A DNA stretch of 14,787 bases from assembly GCA_043228905.1 (NCBI GenBank), contig JBHGNT010000839.1, forward strand, positions 1 through 14,787, given 5' to 3'. Made by a program: the position numbers and the translations under genes. This DNA comes from Azolla caroliniana. Lineage: Eukaryota > Plantae > Polypodiophyta. Of this stretch, positions 9,735-14,787 are shown one piece after another; positions within the stretch are counted from its first letter, which is position 1, and each line of letters opens with the position of its first letter. The notes under the pieces were generated by a model. The model was not told the DNA's origin and did not search any database. It was given only the letters and a program-made list of their open reading frames with translations.

Positions 9735-9749
9735 TTTCTAGAATGTTCC
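9735..9749. promoter_or_regulatory. Perfect heat-shock element (HSF site), three inverted nGAAn units
   Basis: tTTCt aGAAt gTTCc, about 270 nt upstream of the HSP90 ATG. A further GAA at 9752-9754 is 1 nt out of register. Confidence 0.85.
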
Positions 9750-9844
9750 ACGAACGGCCCTCTTTGTTAATAAAAGTTTGCCCTAATAATAATACATTCA
9801 TTTTTTTCCCTCCCTTTCATTCTCTTTTCTTCTCTTGGATTGAG

Positions 9845-9916
9845 ATGGCATGGCATGGCATGGGGCCTGGGCCATAGCATGGCATGATAGCATGGCATGG
9901 CATGGGCATGGCATGG
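9845..9916. repeat. Imperfect (ATGGC)n pentanucleotide repeat with an embedded TGGGCC site-II-like motif
   Basis: atggcatggcatggcatgg...gcatggcatg...gcatggcatggcatgggcatggcatgg read directly; TGGGCC at 9868-9873. Confidence 0.85.
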
Positions 9917-10485
9917 GGTGCTTTCCCACGCAACTAACCACCCCCCCCCCCCCAAGGCCTCATAGTACATATGTTTCGTACTCCATGCTTTGATCGAGCA
10001 CGCACTCATACATACATATTGCTAGGAAGGATCAACCCATTTGTGATTTCATCGCCTTGATTACACCTACGTTGCGCATATATATATATATATCACACGC
10101 TCCCTGCTGCTTCTTTCCATTCTCTCAAAATTATGATCCTTACTTGAGGCCTTTTGAGTTTTGATTTGAGTGATTTATACACTACGGCAGGATCCCTTTG
10201 CACCTTATCTCCGCAATGTTAGTTTCTTCAGTTTTTTAGTATATCGAGCTGTTGTGTAAGATATCTGAAACCATTTGAGGTTGATGTGTTTGTCTAAGAC
10301 TCGTGTCGTTGCTGATCGAATGTCCATACACCATCGATTTTTATTTGACTCTCTTTAAATCGTTAACACGCTTACCATCCATCGAGCGATTTCTTCTCAC
10401 TTATTCAATAAATTGAGGTGAATGAATACATATACTTGGTTCGTATTAGTTTTAGAACCTCTACTAAAACAAGATTTTAATACTT

Positions 10486-10571
10486 TAATGTGAGCACCTA
10501 TGTACAATGTCTTTGACATGTTTTTTCCAAAATATCTTTGAGTCATTTTAGTGGCTTATGCATGTATATTA
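10486..10571 (+). repeat. Direct repeat copy 1 (86 nt), left flank of the LTR
   Basis: 78/86 identical to 11192-11291, which has an extra 14 nt. Confidence 0.92.
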
Positions 10572-11190
10572 TGTTGGAAAATTTGGTCCCTCCGGATGGG
10601 TCGAAAGCACGAGCCCGATTGGATGGAGTCGATAAAATACCAACTGAAGGGATAAGTTGAATCAGTCGATAGTTAAGTTGGCCGAAGACGAAAAATCGAC
10701 TAACCGACAATCGATTGATTAGCCAAATCGGCCGAATCTGACTAGGCTATATTTGTAAATAGCCTATATGTGCCCATTATGGCTATATTTGTAAATAATT
10801 GTATATGCACATGACTATAATATATAGTTAGGGCAAGTAGTTATGATTAATTATGTTGTCATTTAAACTGGTGCATTTTGTGGGTGCAACTCGAGAGAGT
10901 AACATGTGTGTAGGAGAGAGAGCGAGAGCGAGAGTTGCAACTTTGTTGTAACCGTCTTCTGACGATGAGGAGTTCGAGGTTGTTGCCTTTATAGTCTCCT
11001 GTGTATTTACCTCCTACCATAGTGATATAGTTCGGAGTTTGTGGACTCTCGTGGTTTTTCCCTATCAAGGTTTCCATGTTAAAAATACATGTGTCTCTGT
11101 ACTTTCATTTGTTTGTCTTCTACGTTTTTTGTTTTCTATCATTTCAATCTTTGCACCCACGTACACACGTGTATCAAACGGTTGTGGTCA
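10572..11190 (+). mobile_element. Solo or isolated LTR of a Ty1/Copia-type retrotransposon
   Basis: Starts TGTTGG; internal tandem GGCTATATTTGTAAATA (10745, 10781); TATA-like TATAATATATA near 10816; GA-rich segment; GTGGTTTTTCCC...GGTTTCCATGTTAAAA resembling Tnt1/Tork-type U5 motifs; candidate CA end at 11190. The 3' boundary is uncertain. Confidence 0.62.
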
Positions 11191-11191
11191 G

Positions 11192-11291
11192 TAATGTGTT
11201 CACATATGCACAATGTCTACAGCTTTTAGTATTTGACATGTTTTTCCCAAAATACCGTTGAGTCCTTTTAGTGGCTTATGCATGTATATTA
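11192..11291 (+). repeat. Direct repeat copy 2 (100 nt), right flank of the LTR
   Basis: Matches 10486-10571 plus tacagcttttagta at 11218-11231. Confidence 0.92.
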
Positions 11292-11899
11292 CTCCAACTT
11301 TAGCAAATACAATTGAGTTTGAATATGGTAGAATACCAAGAGAAAACGATATTCATTATCTTTGACGTAGGAGTGATTATGTTTAGAATCAAATCATCTA
11401 AGGACACTTAATACCCAACGAACGATGATCGAAAGCTCTCCAAATTCATGTAGGTTTTCTAGGTTGCTTCACCACCACCTTGCTCAATTTGAGAGCCCGT
11501 ATACATATGTATATAGATGGGAATGAAGCTTTAGGGGGTTTCATATTGCAAGCTCATGTGACAAGGGACATATTATTCGTTCCCCAAAATATGTTTTGTG
11601 TCAAAGTTTGTTTAATATGCATTATAAGAAAATTACAACCCTCTAAAGCTTGTTCGCTTCTTTATGTCTGGGCCTATATGACATAAGTTACTCGAAGGGA
11701 ATAACTACTTCATCGAATTCATTGTTGATGTAGCTCAAAAAGCTATGGGTGTATGCAATTTATCCCAATTCAAGCATCTTTGGTCTTCATTCATTGTCAC
11801 ATTGCAACAAATTTGTTGTCATGATACTGCCCAAAGCCTTATTTCTTTGATAATGGTAGAGATACATGTCTCAATATTTTCAAACTTATATGCAAATTA

Positions 11900-13990
11900 A
11901 GGGATTCCGTCATCAGTGGCAACTCCCATGTTTCTATGGAGAACAATAAACTAGGCATTGCCAAAGCAACCTATCATGATGTTCATGAACAATGGATATG
12001 AACCAAGTTTTTGAGCAAAGACATAAATGACCACACTATACGTCATCAATGTGGGAACCATGCATCTAGTTCTTTGAGTATTTACAAACATGCCTTGTCG
12101 ATTTGTTACAATGGAGATTGGATGGGTAAACATTCTATAATCAAAGTGATGGGTAAGAGAGGAAGTGAAGAAGTGTGTCGACGGATAAGCAGAGAGTTCT
12201 CTCACTTGTGCCCCGACATCTTGTCTCACATAAAGAGGATGTAACCCAAATCGAATGGAAGCAACATTCATAAGGAAGTGTTTTTGCTCCTCTCAAATTC
12301 ATTCCAAGTGAACTTAGTAATGTCATCGCCACATGTTTCAATGTCCATAATGAAGCACTAATTTTACAAGTGTCAATGAGCTATTTATTGCTAACCTAAC
12401 ATTCACTTTATTTTACCAATTTGTAGTAAGCTCTCTTTGCCACTTCTAAGTGGTAGGTAGCACGTTAATAGTTTCATTCTACATATGATTGGAAAGAACC
12501 TCAATCCTAACATATGTGAACCTTTATACATTTCAAGTGGCTCATTATTGTGCATAATGTGTGATTTATTTTTATTTTGAGTCTTCACAAGCATAACCTT
12601 TGAGTTGGAGCTTTGTCACTTAACTTACTACACATAGAAAAGTTTTTGAATACACATAACTTTTGGGCGTATGTTGTAAAAATCACTATAACTCAAAGGT
12701 TTTTTGGATAACATAAAAGGTAATACGCAACGGGGAGAATTACAATGATTGGAGTTTCATGCAATATGGGACAAAGGAATATATTATAGGCAGATTTTTT
12801 ACAAGGTTGAGTGGTTATACTCTACATCGAAGTATTGATTCAAGACACCAGTTAGGACTTAGAATGGAGGTCATTACCTATACGTACACGGTTCATTTAC
12901 CACCATAAGTTTATGTACTTATTGCATGCACCTCCAAAGGTGCTCATAGGGCACCATATCAAATCATTTGTTGAAGTTTGTAACAACGACATAATTTTAC
13001 CTTCCACGTGAATTTCTTCCATCAATATTCGATGAGTGCCAAGGTGATCGATGTTGTTATGGCATTTTTGAGAACTAACTTGTATGTAATACCTCTCATC
13101 ATTCTTTTTATCCCATATGTCGAACTTCACTTTCATTATATATCTAAATAGTCTGTCCATAAGATAATTTGCCTCAATTGTCCTTATGCTTCCCCCTTTA
13201 TGCAAAGGTTTGATCTAGATTGTACACCAATAACGACGCACAACATGTTGGGACACATGATTAAACATATCACTTATCCAACCACGTGTTTTCTTTCTTG
13301 TCCATTTTAACATTTCAATCTTCATATACTAGAGATCTCTTGCCTTGTGACTGACAAGGCATTCAATGGTGTCTAGTGTTTTCAAAATCCAACTTGTTTT
13401 GGAGACTTGTTATCACTATTTTCCACCCATGTCCTTAACTGATTTCCATTATACATTACAATAGATTTGCAACAAGAGAATTGAACACGATTGTCCAATA
13501 ATTGTTTATATTATTTAAATCTACCCATTTATACAAAGTTTTGATCCAATTTGTACTCCAATTATGAGGCATGTTGTCATTGGAATGCACAATTACACAT
13601 ATAATCGATTGTAACATATGCTTGTTTTCCCTATCCGTTTGAGCAATTTTGATACCTTGAAGATCCCCTACATTGTGAATTGCCAAAATCTTTAGCCTTA
13701 TTCATGCACACATCCTCGATATTAAACAAAGCATATGTGTGAAAAAAGATCATAACAAAATTTTTCTTGCATTTAATTAACCACACAAGTTCATGGGAGT
13801 CAAGGTTACCAATATAGCTCTTACATGTTTTCCAATAGGATTTCTCAATATATTTTTCATGTGAATTTGCATGATCGAATGATAAGACTTCGTGTTGCAA
13901 CATTCTTGCATGAGTATTCATGTCACCAAAGACAATAACTTTTCCCTTGCTTTTGACACTACTAACCACTATAGGGGTTACCATGTGGTG
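11900..13990 (-). mobile_element. Heavily decayed LINE-like (non-LTR retrotransposon) ORF2 relic
   Basis: VIVFGDMNTH (13939-13910) resembles the APE-endonuclease GDFNA motif. It is followed in the expected order by HKGGS (about 13200; cf. GGSxIDY), VRLAINS (about 12390) and NIMIG (11983-11969; cf. YRTIMIG at the RT start). Many stops and frameshifts; boundaries are approximate. Confidence 0.4.
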
Positions 13991-14787
13991 TGATCACTAT
14001 GATACATGATATCAACTCATCCACACCGTCCCTAACTTATTGTGCATACTTTGGGCTGATTGGCTTCATCGTTGCAAGGTTGGGTGAGTATTATGCATTA
14101 GTATTTTGTGGGATGATCACTTATGGTGGCACACCTTTCATGTTTTCATTGTGATAGGCAAATATATCCTTATCATTGAGGAGATTATTGGTATGGTCTC
14201 ATTCATCATATTAGTTCTATTGCTATGTAGATAACATAGAATATTTGTCATTCTTTAGATCGAGTACAAAAGGTTGGTCACTATCTAGCTAGCTAAACAC
14301 ATAAAAATTAGACCTATGACGAGGAATGAGGCATGTCGGTATGGTAGTTCTCCTTGTTGGCGACTTCTAGAAGGTCGACCTTAGATGGTTGTAAGATGAT
14401 TGCGATCATGTCCACCAATTGCATTGGCTATCAAGTAACACGATGGAATAGGTTCATCCAAACAATGAACTGTAAGGGATACAAATGGGCAATTAGATGG
14501 GGTTTTCTTGATATTGTGCCTCCACTATATTTTGTAATTAAGACAATTACTGTTTATGAAAAAAGACAAGAGAAAAAAGATACTTTGCTTAAGAAACCTC
14601 AATATATGGGAGTCTTGTTCATTATGAGATGATTTAAAAATATATGAAGGGTTCCTTCCCAAATATATAGAACCTACAAAGATGTTTTTCTTCAAACTAT
14701 CATATGATAAACAAAAAGTTAAGATATAGATGCTCAATGATACAACCTATGTTAGTAGTCATAAAACAAGTTGGTCCATGACAAAAT

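Noticed and set aside
10449-10470. GTTTTAG..CTAAAAC inverted repeat, superficially like a CRISPR repeat start
   Set aside because: Single copy, no repeat-spacer array, eukaryotic context.
14365-14382. TTCTAGAA two-unit HSE-like site overlapping the palindrome AAGGTCGACCTT
   Set aside because: Only two nGAAn units, about 4.9 kb from the HSP90 ATG in repeat-like DNA; compatible with chance.
14354-14737. Short ORFs at the right edge
   Set aside because: No recognisable motifs; AT-rich intergenic or decayed repeat sequence.

Overview
AT-rich, intron-containing eukaryotic DNA from a land plant; a non-seed lineage (fern, lycophyte or bryophyte) is plausible but inferred. Two tandem minus-strand genes are present. 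(1) A complete four-exon cytosolic HSP90 (9468->6471, 704 aa, ending MEEVD) with a perfect three-unit heat-shock element upstream. (2) The first six exons (4294->686, 491 codons, continuing off the left edge) of a gene that the ORF track only shows in fragments. Once spliced, it reads as a Codanin-1 (CDAN1 / discs lost) homologue with a KRRVNPTP ASF1-binding B-domain motif. Codanin-1 is known mainly from animals, so this is the most notable item. The non-coding DNA holds CATG-rich compound microsatellites upstream of both genes, small hairpins at both start codons, a MITE-like relic and a hairpin over a possible poison exon in CDAN1 intron 2, a Copia-like solo LTR flanked by an unusually long direct duplication, and a heavily decayed probable LINE at the right end. 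Family assignments rest on motif recognition from memory; no searches were run.
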